A stretch of DNA of 64,000 bases from Mobula birostris (lineage: Eukaryota), in NCBI RefSeq assembly GCF_030028105.1, contig NC_092377.1, forward strand, positions 49,602,952 through 49,666,951, given 5' to 3'. Positions within the stretch are counted from its first letter, which is position 1. Every line of letters begins with the position of its first letter. The translations under genes and the position numbers were made by a program. Shown here one piece after another: positions 1 through 11,956 of this stretch. Under the pieces are notes generated by a model that was not told the origin of the DNA, made no database searches, and saw only the letters and a program-made list of their open reading frames with translations.

Positions 1-52
1 TAACTGGATTATTTTTATCTGTGAAATTTTTCTTATCTCTATAGTATTAAAG

Positions 53-783
53 CAGTGGTCCCCAATCACCCAGCCGCAGACCAGTACCGGGCCACAAAGT
101 ATGTGCTAGCAGGCCATGAGGAAACGATATGAGTCATCTGCAGCTTTCCTCATTCCCTGTCATGCACTGTTGAACTTGAACATAGGGGTGCCAACTGATG
201 CGTATTAGCCGGGACATCCCGTATATTGGGCTAAATTGGTTTGTCCCATTTGGGACCGCCCTTGTCCCGTATTTCCCCCGCTAAGGTAGAGCGTTCCTAT
301 GAAATCATTCGTAAGCCAAAATGGCGTAAAGCAAAGAAGCAATTACCATTAATTTATACAGGAAAATTTTTTGAGCGTTCCCAGACCCAAAAAATAACCT
401 ACCAAATCATACCAAATAACACATAAAATCTAAAATAACACTAACATATAGTAAAAGCAGGAATGATATGATAAATACACAGCCTATAAAAGCAGAAATA
501 ATGTATGTACAGTGTAGTTTAACTTAACAGAATCAGGAAGATTATGCCAAAACCGATTTGTAGAAAAAAAATCGGCACGTACTCGCATGCGCACACAGGT
601 GCCTGCGCAAGGCTTCATGGTCATGGTAGTCTCTCTCGGGATAAACACAAGTGTCCCGTATTTGACCGGTACTTTTGTCCCTTACTTGGGAGTGAGAAAG
701 ATTGCTACCCTGCTGGAACACCAACACCCCCCCCCACCGCCCAGTCGGCCGGTCTGCGGTGCAAAAAAGGTTGGGGACCCTTG
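53..783 (+). mobile_element. Composite non-autonomous hAT (Charlie/MER1-like) MITE, copy 1
   Basis: Termini CAGTGGTCCCCAA ... TTGGGGACCCTTG. 8-bp TSD TATTAAAG (45-52) / TATGAAAG (784-791). A second copy lies at 20441-21224 in the opposite orientation. Confidence 0.85.
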
Positions 784-1629
784 TATGAAAGTATTTGCAT
801 TGTGCCATGGGCTATCTTACTTTAGTTTCTCTCTTCAAGTAGGCCTGTCCCTTTGTTCAATTGTGAAGTAACAAGTTTTATGCCTCGTTCCTGACTTCTA
901 AAAGAACCTCAGAATTAAACACCAGAATCCACCAGCTGAAAGCAGGAAGTTAAGAAAGGACATAAGTATTGGGAAGCAATTGTGGTGGTGGTTTATTTGA
1001 AATGTTTGGGGAGTGGGTTGATGTAGTCAGGAAAGTGGTGGTAATGTTGGAAAGATGATTTAGAGGAGCGATATGGATGTCCTGGGGATGGGGATGGTGG
1101 GGGAGGAGGGTGTAAGTTACAGAAGAGTTCAGGGTGATGGAAATTCAGAGTGATGAATGAGATAACTGGTTGTAAGGGATCACTTGGCAAGTATCAAGAT
1201 GGGAAAGAAATTGTTCAGGTAGATGAAAGAAGGCGTAAGAGGAAGGGTTGTTTAACTTGGGGAGATGATGATTGTTTGGATGACAATCCAGAAAGCAAAG
1301 ATAGTAGTTGGGTAGGGGCGTGAAGGAGACAGGAGCAATAATGTCCATGTCACTCTAGTGATGGAGAATACATTAGACACATCAAACTCCCCGGCAGCAG
1401 AGCGTTGAATCTTTAATGTCAAAACAAACTGAACCCGTTTTTGTTTCACACAATTTGATTCCACTATATTTGTTAAACAACGTCCATAAAGATGGACATC
1501 AAAAATACAGAACATTTGTAACAAAAATTCAACATTACACTGCTGGCACACAAAAGTATCTGACTTCACCGTTGATGTTATAATTGTGCATATAACTCGA
1601 GGCTTGGTGCAGGCAAATTAATTCTTCCT

Positions 1630-2435
1630 CAGTGTCAACAAGATAAAGGAAATGGTCATCAACTTCAGAAGAATTTACACCACTCAACTCTCTTTACATC
1701 GGCAGCACAACAGTGGAAACCGCGAGCAGTTTCAAACTCCTGAGACTGCATATCTCGCACAACCTCTCATGTTCCCAGAACACATTCCATACAATCAAGG
1801 AAGCTTACCAATGCCTCTACTTTCTGAGGAGGCTGAAGAGAGCTGGACTATGCACATATATACTCACATCATTCTATAGAGGCACAGTAGAAGGCATCCT
1901 TACATGCTGCATCACTGGTTGGTATGTAAACTGCACGGCAGTAGACAGGAAAGCTCTACAACTGGTAGTCAAAAATTGCCCAATGCATCACCGCCACCAA
2001 TAAGAACATATGTACAGAAGGTTCCGGAAAAGAACCAGTAACATCATGAAGGATCCCACCCAGCCTTGCTTATGGGCTGTTTGTCGCATTTCCATCTGAA
2101 AAGAGGCTATGTAGCATCCACACCAGGACAACATGACTCAAAAACAGTTATAACAGTAAGGCTGATCAACACCTCCACCCACTAATCCACCCCACTACAC
2201 CCCAACCATCACTCCTTTATCATTTCCTGTCAGTCCTTTTAGAAGTACAGGCACTTCTGTGCCTAGAGTCACTTTATGGACATACAATTAATCTATGTAT
2301 ATAAGCTATCTTATCTATTTATATTATCATATTGTGATTTTTTGTGCTGGCTGTATTGGATCTGAAGTAACAATTATTTTGTTACCCTTTACACTTGGGA
2401 ACTAGAAATGACATTAAAAAAACTTGAATCTTGAA
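1630..2435 (+). mobile_element. Rex/Babar-type LINE 3' fragment (degenerate RT C-terminus and 3' tail)
   Basis: Translates KEMVINFRR...FKLLRLHISHNLS...LYFLRRLKRA...FYRGTVEGILTCCITGWY, typical of the Rex1/Babar ORF2 C-terminus. Ends in an ATTAAA...CTTGAATCTTGAA tail. Boundaries approximate. Confidence 0.75.
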
Positions 2436-3254
2436 AGTAGAATACTATGATACTAAAAAGAGTTCTATTCTTCTGTGAAACTATTTAAAGCACTATCTTA
2501 AAAAAAACACTACTCACAAATTACTGCACTTATTCTCAGTCTGGATCATGTACTCAGCTACATCATAATGATCTCATAACTCCTTGATTCAGAAGTGAGT
2601 ATACCAGCAAATAAATGAAAATGACTACAATGATTGCATTTTACGGCTAAAATTCAGGCTGTAGCTTTAGAAAAGAAATACTATAAAATCATTCAACCAA
2701 GTTTACAAATTATTGAAAATAGAAGATGTACTGCTGTAATATTTATTTATCGATGGCAAATAATTTTTGCTTGTCTAGTTTTATAAACCTTTGAGGAGTT
2801 AACATCCCGATTGATGGCAGGAAGATAGCAACTTCTTCAGAACTAAGGTCAATGCATATTGAGACCAATGCAAAAGTCAAGGATGAATAGCTGTTTACAT
2901 TGGGAGTGGTCATGTGAGCTTTATGCCCTTGATGTTTTGAACACTAAAAATTCAGATCAAAGAAAATTTTATTTAATATATATTGCCAGTGCAAAGATCC
3001 AGAACACATACGTCAGTAAAATAGACTCACCAAAATAACATGAATGATATAAAACGCCTGATTAATAAAATAAACCAGAAATAATACCTTCAGTATGCAA
3101 GGCTACAAAGTAAGGAGCAGCAGGAAGTTCGTTGTGTTAACATCACACGAACATTTCTTGATATGGTATGTGTTGCCAGGTGGATTGATCAAACCTGTTT
3201 GCTTTTGCGATTAAGTTCTGTAATCAGCAAAAGAAATGAATGATTTGAAACTTT

Positions 3255-4085
3255 ATCATTCATAGTATCATATTTCACAGGGCCTTCAGTCCAACTCATC
3301 TATGCCAATGAAGTCAATCAGTCCCACTTGCCCACATTTGGCCCATATGTCTTAAAATTTCCTTATCCGTGTAACTGTCTAATTTTTTTTTAATTAATTG
3401 TACCTGCCTCTACAGCTTCTTCTGATAACTCATTGAAGAAGGCACACATAGCAATGCTTTTTTTAAACCATATAGTTCACCTGCGTTGACACTTTCAGGG
3501 AATTATGTATCTGAATCCCTAGATCTCTCTGTTCTACTATACTCTTCATCGTTCTGATATTTACTGTGCAAGTCCTGCTCCAGATTTGTTTATCAAAACG
3601 TTACACCTGCACTCATCCAAGTTAAATTCCATCTGCCATTTCATGGCCCACTTCCCCAGTCAATCTCTATCCCACTGTAATCTTCACTGCCCATTATAAC
3701 ATCATTAGGTCTTCATCTATATTAACAAGTTGGATGAGAATGCCAACTACATTCTCATCTGAATCATTAATACAAAAGATTAACAGTGGACCCAGCACTT
3801 ATCCACACAACTCATCACTGGTTACAATCATCCAATTTAGAAAACAATACTCCAGTACCACCTTGACTCCCTCCACTAAGCCAATTTAGTCTCTAGTTAA
3901 CCAGTTCACCTGGATTCCATGTGATCTAATCTTCTAATCTACCATTCAGAACCTTGCTAACTCATGTAGACAATTATCTCTGCCCTGCCCATGGCAATAT
4001 TCTTCATCATCTCTTCAAAAACACTCCCTGAAATTTGCGAGATATGATTTCCCATGCAAAAAGACAAGATAACTATCCTAATCAT
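3255..4085 (-). mobile_element. Old degraded CR1 LINE fragment
   Basis: Recognisable antisense CR1 RT motifs (aaattccatctgccatt, agtggacccagcact, tgatttcccatgc). No ORF left. Confidence 0.55.
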
Positions 4086-4817
4086 TCTTCATCTTTCTGA
4101 ATTCATATTCATTTATTTATCACATGTACATTGATACATCCAGTGAAATGTGTCATTTGTTGAGTTACAACCAACACGACCTATGGCAGCCCGCAAATAA
4201 CACCGCGAATTCCAGCACCAACATAGCATGCCCATAATGTTCAGTATAACAACACAAACCACAACAGTAACAAAACAACAACAAAACAAGCCCCTTTCCT
4301 CCCTCCTACCCACTCACACACAAACAAAAGCCTTTGACCCCAGGACAGACCGCCTCTAGGCCTCCAACCCACATTTCCTGGGCCAGGATCACAGACTTGC
4401 AGATTTTGGCCTTGGATTTTCAGACATGCCAACTCAGAGACTTTGCCCATCATGCCTTGATTTCTGGACTAACCAACTTTGGTCTTCGACCTTCAGATGT
4501 TATCCTTCATTATCGATCCCAGAACTCACTGATCATGGACTTTATCTCCAGCCCTCAAACTCCAGACTTGCATGGACCTCCAACCCCAAGACGCGCTCCC
4601 CCGGAGGAGGGGAGGGGGCGTCAACAGTCCTTGTGCCAAAATGCTGGTAGGTCCTGTCAATCAGAATCCCCTCCAGTAACTTTCCCACCAATGATGTTAG
4701 ACTCTCCGGCTTATTCTTGCTACTCTTTTTAAAAAGGCACATTGTAACCCTCCAATCTTCCAGTACTTGACCCTTGGCTGAACCTTGCTTATAATTCTGC
4801 ACAGGAATATGTGGCAA

Positions 4818-4835
4818 TACTGCCCTCTGGTGCCC
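4818..4835 (-). promoter_or_regulatory. CTCF-like motif
   Basis: Reverse complement GGGCACCAGAGGGCAGTA is close to the CTCF core CCACCAGRGGGC. Motif match only. Confidence 0.35.
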
Positions 4836-4877
4836 TTGGCATTGGTTAATGGAGTGAAAGCATGCTGACCATTTCCA

Positions 4878-5315
4878 GCAACACACATAAAAATTGCTGG
4901 TGAATGCAGCAGGCCAGGCAGCATCTATAGGAACAGGTACAGTCGACGTTTTGGGCCAAGGCCCTTCGTCAAGACTAACTGAAAGAAGAGATAGTAAGAG
5001 ATTTGAAAGTGGGAGGGGGAGGGGGAGACCCGAAATGATAGGAGAGGACAGGAGGGGGAGGGATGGAGCCAAGAGCTGGAAAGTTGATTGGCAAAAGGGA
5101 TATGATAGGATCATGGGACGGGAGGCCTAGGGAGAAAGAAAGGGGGAGGGAGGGAGCCCAGAGGATGTCAGGGAGTATAGTGAGAAGGACAGAGAGAGAA
5201 AAAGGAGAGAGAAATTTTTTTAAAATTATATTTATATATAATAAATAAATGAATAATGGATGGGGTACGAAGGGGAGGTGGGGCATTAACGGAAGTTAGA
5301 GAAGTCAATGTTCAT
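4878..5315 (-). mobile_element. Penelope-like element 3' end/pLTR with mutated hammerhead motif
   Basis: Near-identical (reverse complement) to 49628-50040. The hammerhead at 4941-4976 has TTGACGA and CAAAA substitutions. Confidence 0.8.
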
Positions 5316-6380
5316 TAACGCAAGTTAGCTTGTTTCACAGCAGAAAGTCAATGAGACATTGCCCTTATGTCCTTGTTATCCTTATGCCTTTGATGCAATT
5401 TTAAAATCAGTTATTCACAAGACAATATAATTGCTTTCGTATGATTGCTTGGAAACTTAAACTATATAGTCCCATAAACTCCAAGAATAAAATGATATTT
5501 TTAGCGCAGGATCAGACTAGAACTGCAACCAAGTGGGCCAATCACTTATCTTTCATTTCTACGGGTCACAAACTACACTGAACCAGCTGCTCTCATCAAC
5601 TCCTTTATCCACATGATAGCATCTTAAAAGCAGAAATTTATCATTGTTTAAAAATATATATTAAAATGACAGGTGTCTGCTATGTTCAAATCAAATAGGT
5701 TGAAAATGAGAAAAAATTCTATTGCCTTAGAACAACCTATCAGTCAATTTCAGTCCTAATGCAAGTTCTTAATCCAAAACATTGACAATTTCTTCCGCCA
5801 TTCACCCACACCCCACAGATGTTGTTCGACCTTCTGAGTTCTTTCAGTGGTTTGTTTTGTGGTCCATTCACTCCTCATATTGTGCATGCATAACCATTAG
5901 GCCATACTGTACTATTTATCATGCAGGTACTCACACTGAAGCCTGATTCTACAAACACCTCCATATACTTTTCACCAAAGACTTCTGGATTGTAGTCAGT
6001 AACCAGTACAGTATTAGTGGCTATTTTTTTGTTATATCTTTACAATTAAGTGTAAAGAGCCAGAAAACGATTTGTTACAAATACTGCATAATCTTGGTCT
6101 TTCAAATCTATTGGCTCAATGGTAAAAAACTTAATGAATGTATCTACAAAGCTATTAAAGATCAAATGAAATGTTACAGCAATGGCTTTAAAAATGTTTA
6201 ATTTATTTTTTCCCCTGGGAGTTAATATTCTAGAATTTCTTGGGAAGTTTCAAGTATCAAGGAGGGACAGTGTCAGGGCAGACTGATCTGAGGATGCTAT
6301 CAGTGGGAAAGGACTGGGACTGCGTGGAGAAAGATTGGTGGTAGCGTATTTTGGAGGAGGCTGTTGAAGACTTAATGGGC

Positions 6381-7160
6381 AAAAGACTGATTATGGACTT
6401 CAAGAAGGGTAAGACGAAGGAACACATACCAATCCTCATAGAGGGATCAGAAGTAGAGAGAGTGAGCAGCTTCAAGTTCCTGGGTGTCAAGATCTCTGTG
6501 GATCTGACCAGGTCCCAACACACTGACATAGTCATAAAGAAGGCAAGACAGCAGCTATCCTTTATTAGGAGTCTGAAGCGATTTGGCATGTCTATAAACA
6601 CACTCAAAAACTTCTATAGTTGCATTCTGACAGGCTGCATCACTCTCTGGTATGGAAGGGCTACTGCACAGGACCGAAAGAAGCTGCAGAAGGTCGTAAG
6701 TCTAGTCAGGTCCATCTTGGGCACTAGCCTACAAAGTACCCAGGACATCTTTAGGGAGCGGTGTCTCAGAAAGGCAGCATCCATTATTAAAGACCTCCAG
6801 GACCTAGGGCATGCCCTTTTCTCACTGTTACCATCAGGCAGGAGATACAGAAGCCTGAAGGCACACACTCAGCAATTCAGGAACAGCTTCTTCCCCTCTG
6901 TCATCCAATTCCTGAATGGAGTTTGAAGCTTTGAACACGACCTCACTTTTATTAATACACAGTATTTCTGTTTTTGCAGATTTTTAATAATCTATTCAAT
7001 ATATGTAACTGATTTACTTATTTATTTATTATTGTTTTGTTTTATTTTATTTATTATTTTTTTCCTCTTTCTCTGCTGGATTACGTACTGCATTGAACTG
7101 CTGCTAAGTTAACAAATTTCATGTCCATGCCGATGATAATAAACCTGATTCTGGTTCTGA
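6381..7160 (+). mobile_element. Rex/Babar-type LINE 3' fragment
   Basis: ORF 6351-6926: VERVSSFKFLGVKISVDL...KKARQQLSFIRSLKRFG...HALFSLLPSGRRYRSLKAHTQQFRNSFFP. Tail AATAAACCTGATTCTGGTTCTG. Confidence 0.85.
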
Positions 7161-9112
7161 AGCATACAGAGTTGATAGAGTGCATCTGGCTGTGAATAAA
7201 GTTTGCATAGGCAACCAAAAAGTTTTCCATTGCAAGAATAGTGCTGCCATCTTCTGCACAGACTCACTGTCAGTCCGCAGATTGATCAGCATCTGGCACC
7301 AGTTTTGAATTGGGTGACATTTTACAGCCTGGCTTACAGGGATGTATATCGTGCAAGAAAAAATAAAAGAGGGAAGGGAAGCAGGGTAGCAAAAATAGTA
7401 CTGTTCCCAGAGCCTACATTAGACCTCACTGTAACAGTGCAGGGGACCAAAAACAGGGCTTAATATGCTAGAGGGGCAATAAATTAAAATGACAGGCAAC
7501 CAGAAGTTCAAGGTCACTCCTGTGAATTGAATGCTGCTACTCCACTGCAGGTGATCCAAACTGTTTGATTTCTCCGATGTAGAGGAGGCCACATCATGAG
7601 CACTGAATGCAGTACAAATGAATCACTGCTTCACTTGGACTGTTATTTGAATTCTTGGTTGGTGGGAAGGAAAAAGGTGAATGCACAGGCATTGCATTTC
7701 CTTCAGTTACATGGGAAAGTGCTATCAAAATCTGGTTCAGAGGAGCCAGGGCATGCAGCAGGAATTTGTTGGGAGTGAAAAGCCATGATATAACAGAGCT
7801 GGGAATGCAGGAGTTGCACTTTCTCAGACAGGAAAGAATCTGGTCATCAAGCACACAATGTTATTGGTGTTGCTATGTGTGGTACTGGAGTGGCCCAAAT
7901 GCCACTCCAGCAATGTAGCTGTTCATCTGCCACTTAATTTATTAATCCAAAGTGGATCATATCCACAGGGATGTGATGTATAGTTCTCCTGAGAAAGAGG
8001 GGAAGAATGTAACTTAACCATCACCTGATGGCTACCTTTGATTGTGGCTAAACTAAGCACTGTATAAATTCTGGGTACTCAATTATCAGATGTCACTACT
8101 TGTCGAGGCTGTACTTGTCCCTGATGTGGAGAAGAATGGGTCAGTGCCATGGAACATTCCATTTAGGTGGGCCATGCCATACTACCGGTCCTTCATTGTA
8201 AAATTTATTTGGAAAAGCACCTTTCACCACAAAGCTGTCCTGGAGGAAAATGCAAAAGATTCTGTCTGACAGAGTGCCTCATCAACAGAAATTTCAAACA
8301 AGCACCAAGTCACTTGATTCATTTTGAGAACACCCAACTCCTATTAGACCATTAATGTATACCAGGAATCTAAATACGCTGCATGCTGAGAAGGTCATTC
8401 ACCTTCCTGTATAGTTTGAAGACTGTCTAGAAATTAATCCAGTTGTCTTCGTCGAGATTTATGTTGACCAGCTGCATGATGCTAGACTGAACTCTATACA
8501 CTATTGCTTTGCCACATATGAAGAAAAGCTTTGACTACTGCTGGAAGGTCTGGACTGCCTGAAGCTTGTTAATCTTCTGGTGCCAAGAACTGTCTACAAC
8601 CAGTCCTGTCCAGGGACCTCTGCCATTAATGGAGTTAAGCACAGCCCGTTTAGCATCAATGATATTGACATACGAAACATTATCCCTCCAGCCCGAAGGT
8701 CTTCTTAAGAAGAACGTAAATGTGTTTTATTAAAAGGTTTAATACTGCAATACTGAATGGCAATATAAACGTTATTAATTTGATTTCATTGGGGAAAAAA
8801 CACAAGGATCACCTCGTTTCAAACAAGAAAAAATATGGGATGCTGAAATATGCTAGAGGAACTCAGCAGGTCTGGCAGCTTCTATGGAAAAGAGTAAACA
8901 GTCGACGTTTCGGGCCGAGACCCTCCATCAGGATCACCCTGTTTGTTTTCTCCCGTCTGAAAGAATGGTGCCAAGCTCGAAACAGCAAGGCCGCCAGGAA
9001 TGAATCCTCCGCCCAGGAATGCAGACCTGAAATATTACACAATAATAATTCACATTTTAAGCGGGCAGTAGCTTTTGCTGAGAATGAAAGGGCCTGGAGC
9101 CCAAGGTCTTAC

Positions 9113-9166
9113 TGTTAGGAAATCCTGCGCCGCTAAGTGACAGTGACAATCGATAAATCCGCTCAT
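9113..9166 (-). CDS. tatdn3: TatD DNase domain-containing 3, coding exon 1 (rest of gene extends left of the window)
   Basis: ATG at 9166 gives MSGFIDCHCHLAAQDFLT (TatD D-x-H-C-H metal motif; human LVDCHCHLSAPDF), followed by a phase-0 donor GTAAGA. Head-to-head with nsl1, as in human. Confidence 0.92.
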
Positions 9167-9507
9167 ACTGCCCGGAACGCCACAGGATGCACCTCACCGT
9201 CCTTTGACATTAGTGAAGTGCAGCGTTTTACTTTCGGATTTGCTTATTTTAGGAATTCTCGGGGGGGGGGAGAATATTCTTCACGAGCAATACCAGGTTG
9301 GGCTCTAAACCATTTGTTTTAAAATTGGGACGCACATTCCTTCCGTGATGTGGCTGACCAGGGCTCTGGCGGAACCGGTATTAGAAGTAATGTTTTTCAC
9401 CGGAATTCTCTAGGGTTGCACTCGGCGGAAGTTCGTCTGTTTGGAAAAGTGGCGGCAAAGTCTCCTAGTGTTGGAGTGGTTCCAGAGCTGCACCGACGGG
9501 TGGATGG
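9167..9507. promoter_or_regulatory. Bidirectional CpG-rich promoter and 5' UTRs of tatdn3/nsl1
   Basis: 341 bp separate the divergent ATGs. Local CpG enrichment, ETS/GABP-type GCGGAAGT near 9425, additional CCGGAA cores, no obvious TATA. Confidence 0.75.
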
Positions 9508-9630
9508 ATGGCGCTGCCGGGCGGCCGAGTGCTCTGCTGCTCGAAGCGGCCGGTGACGGCGGCGCTTGAGCGCTTGTCGGAGGCTCTGTGCGATCGGTTG
9601 CAGGGAGAGCGGCAGCTGGAGGCTCGGCGG
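9508..9630 (+). CDS. nsl1: NSL1 (MIS12 kinetochore complex), exon 1
   Basis: MALPGGRVLCCSKRPVTAALERLSEALCDRLQGERQLEARR (human RVRCTSKRAVT). Donor GTGAGT at 9631, phase 0. Confidence 0.85.
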
Positions 9631-9654
9631 GTGAGTGGGGTGAACAAAGGCCCC

Positions 9655-9708
9655 GAGGTGGAGGTGGAGGTGGAGGTGGAGGTGGAGGTGGTGGTGGGGG
9701 GGGGGGGG
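9655..9708 (+). repeat. (GAGGTG)6 microsatellite followed by a G-run
   Basis: Directly visible, starting about 25 nt after the nsl1 exon 1 donor. Confidence 0.95.
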
Positions 9709-10393
9709 AACAGAGAGAGTGGGTATAGGTGGAGAGACGGAGGAGGATGGAGGGGTGAGGCACTGGGGAGGGTAGTTTGGTTTTCCAAGTTATAGTGGAA
9801 GGACGTGTATGGCCATGTTTTGTTAAATGCATAAAATCGTGGACTGTTTTCTAAGCTGGGATCGAATTCAGAAATCAGTGGTGCAAACAGATTTGGGAAT
9901 CCTAGTGTCGGTTGAGTCAGTACTAAGAAGGCAAATGCAATTTAGCATTCATTTCCAGAGGACTAGAATATAGAAGGCAAGAATGTAATGCTGAAGCTTT
10001 ATAAGGTACTGGTCAGACCACATTTGGAGTTTTATGAGTAGTTTTAGGCCCCATTTCTAAGAAATGATGCGGAGGGTCCTGAGGAGATTTACAAGAAAGG
10101 TTCTGGGAATGAAAGGGTTAACACGCAAGGAGCTTATGATGGCTCCAGGCTTGTACTCGCTGGTGTTTCAAAGAATGCGAGGAGTGCTCATTGAAACCTA
10201 CAGAATATTGAAAAGCCTAGAGCTGCTGTGAAGTGGATTTTTCTAGTAGTGGGAGAGTTTAGAGCCAGAGGGCACAAGCTCAGAATAGAAGGACATCTCT
10301 ATGGAACAGAAATGAGAAGTTTTCTTTTGGCTAGATGGTGCTGAATCTGGAATGCATTGGCACATACTGCTGTGGAGGCCAAATCATTGGGTA

Positions 10394-11956
10394 CAGGTTT
10401 CCCCCGCCATCCGAAGGTAGAGCATTCCTATGAAACGGTTCGTAAGCCGGAATGTCATAAAGTGAAGAAGCAGTTACCATTTATTTATATGGGAAAAATT
10501 TGTGAGCGTTTGCAGACCCAAAAAATAACCTACCAAATCATGCCAAATAACACATAAAACCTAAAATAACAGTAATATACAGTAAAAGCAGGAATGATAT
10601 GATAAATACACAGCCTAAGAATACTTTTCTACAATCATTGCCACACTGTCCACTGTAGCAAAAATCTCAAGCAAGCACCCTCGGCAGAAACACTCTCTCC
10701 AGTAACCTTTAAGCTATGAAGAGGCCAAATCATATCAAATAACACAAAAATACACAGCCTATATAAAGTAGAAATAATGTATGTACAGTGTAGTATCACT
10801 TACCGGAATTGGGAAGACAGCGCCAAGCACACTGATGATGGTGTGTTAGGCTGAGTCGTCGGAGGTTGGGGTGGTGCAGTGGTCCCCAACCTCCAGGCCG
10901 CAGACCGATAACGATACGCGAAGAATGCAGTGGTGCAGCGGTAGCCGGGACACACCCAGCACATCTTTAAGAAAAAAAGCCAAAATAAACAAGCTAATTA
11001 ATTAGATGCTGCCCGGCACCAAATTAATTAGCTTGTTTATTTCGGCTTTTTTTTCTTAAAGATGTGCTGGGTGCGTCCCGGCTACCGCTGCACCACTGCA
11101 CAGTTCGCGGCAATGTATCGGTCTGCGGCCCGAATGTTGGGACCACTGGGGTGGTGAGACACTGAGATGTCATCTCATTGTCGTCTGTTTCCATCAGGGT
11201 AGGCAGGTCATCTTCTTCTATGTCTGCCTGCCTCATTGTTGAAGGTCGAGGTTCGTCATCTGCTGTGGCTGGTGTGGAAGGCTTGAAAAATGACAGTATG
11301 CTTGATTGCTTAGCCTCGCGCATTTTTCTATCATACAGTTCTTTGTAAGCACTCAAACCATCCTGCAAATATGCCCTTTCAAAATTAAAGTGGTACTTTT
11401 CTGCAATCACTGCAGCGAAAATCTCATGCAGTTGCTTCACGTTCAATTCTTGGACAACTTCACTTTCGGTCTGTTCACTACTGCGTTCGGTTTTGATTGT
11501 TATCCTTTCCTCTTCCAATTGCATCAGCTCTTCATCTATCAGTTCTTGGTCATGGGATGCCAAAACCTCTTCAACATCATCTTCGTTAACTTCCACAAGC
11601 CAAACTCACTTTGTCCTTACTTCGTTCACCATGATCGAAACGTTTAATTATGTCTAGTTTTACACTAAGTGTAACACCCTTACGAGCTCTTTTAGGCTTT
11701 TCCGACACCTTAGAACTCATCTTGCAAATGGATGCTCAAAATAAATCGACATAAAGCACAGATGCTCACAGGCACGTGTTTAAGCGATGCCAGCTAGAAT
11801 GCAGTTCCGGGGGAGGAGCTTGACTGCTCGGGGCATGCGCTGCCTTTTTTCGTAACAGTGAAAACACCTTCTGTTAGCGAAAACAGGTAACGAATGTAGG
11901 TCTTTTGTAACAGCAAAGTATCACAAAGCGAACGTTCGAAAAACGGGGGGCACCTG
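10394..11956 (-). mobile_element. TcMar-Tigger/pogo deletion derivative with transposase C-terminal remnant
   Basis: TA TSD. TIRs CAGGTTTCCCCCG ... CGGGGGGCACCTG. ORF 11024-11596 (EVNEDDVEEVLASHDQELIDEELMQLEEE...AYKELY...KQSSILSFF) resembles Tigger transposase C-termini. Confidence 0.85.
10877..11148. mobile_element. 272-bp palindromic hAT MITE nested in the Tigger element
   Basis: CAGTGGTCCCCAA ... TTGGGACCACTG. Perfect 8-bp TSD GGGTGGTG (10869-10876 / 11149-11156). The arms are inverted repeats of each other almost to the centre. Confidence 0.9.

Noticed and set aside
990-1600. Purine-rich tract and CxxC-containing ORF 1252-1569
   Set aside because: No family or termini could be recognised by eye. 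Probably an old repeat, so left uncalled.
3195-3227. Possible tatdn3 exon 2 (...ELNRKSKQ|gt)
   Set aside because: There is no AG acceptor in the right phase and the similarity is weak. I could not locate the true exon 2 in the window.
8400-8710. About 95-codon frame with a single internal stop
   Set aside because: No recognisable domain or splice signals. Probably decayed retroelement sequence.
9410-9832. Poly-proline ORF (minus) and the EVEVEV read-through of the 9508-9795 ORF
   Set aside because: Both are translations of the (GAGGTG)n/G-run intron repeat. The real nsl1 exon ends at the GTGAGT donor at 9631.
11024-11596. 190-aa acidic ORF as a domesticated TIGD-type gene
   Set aside because: It lacks the HTH and DDE domains, has no ATG start, lies within TIRs and runs into a MITE.
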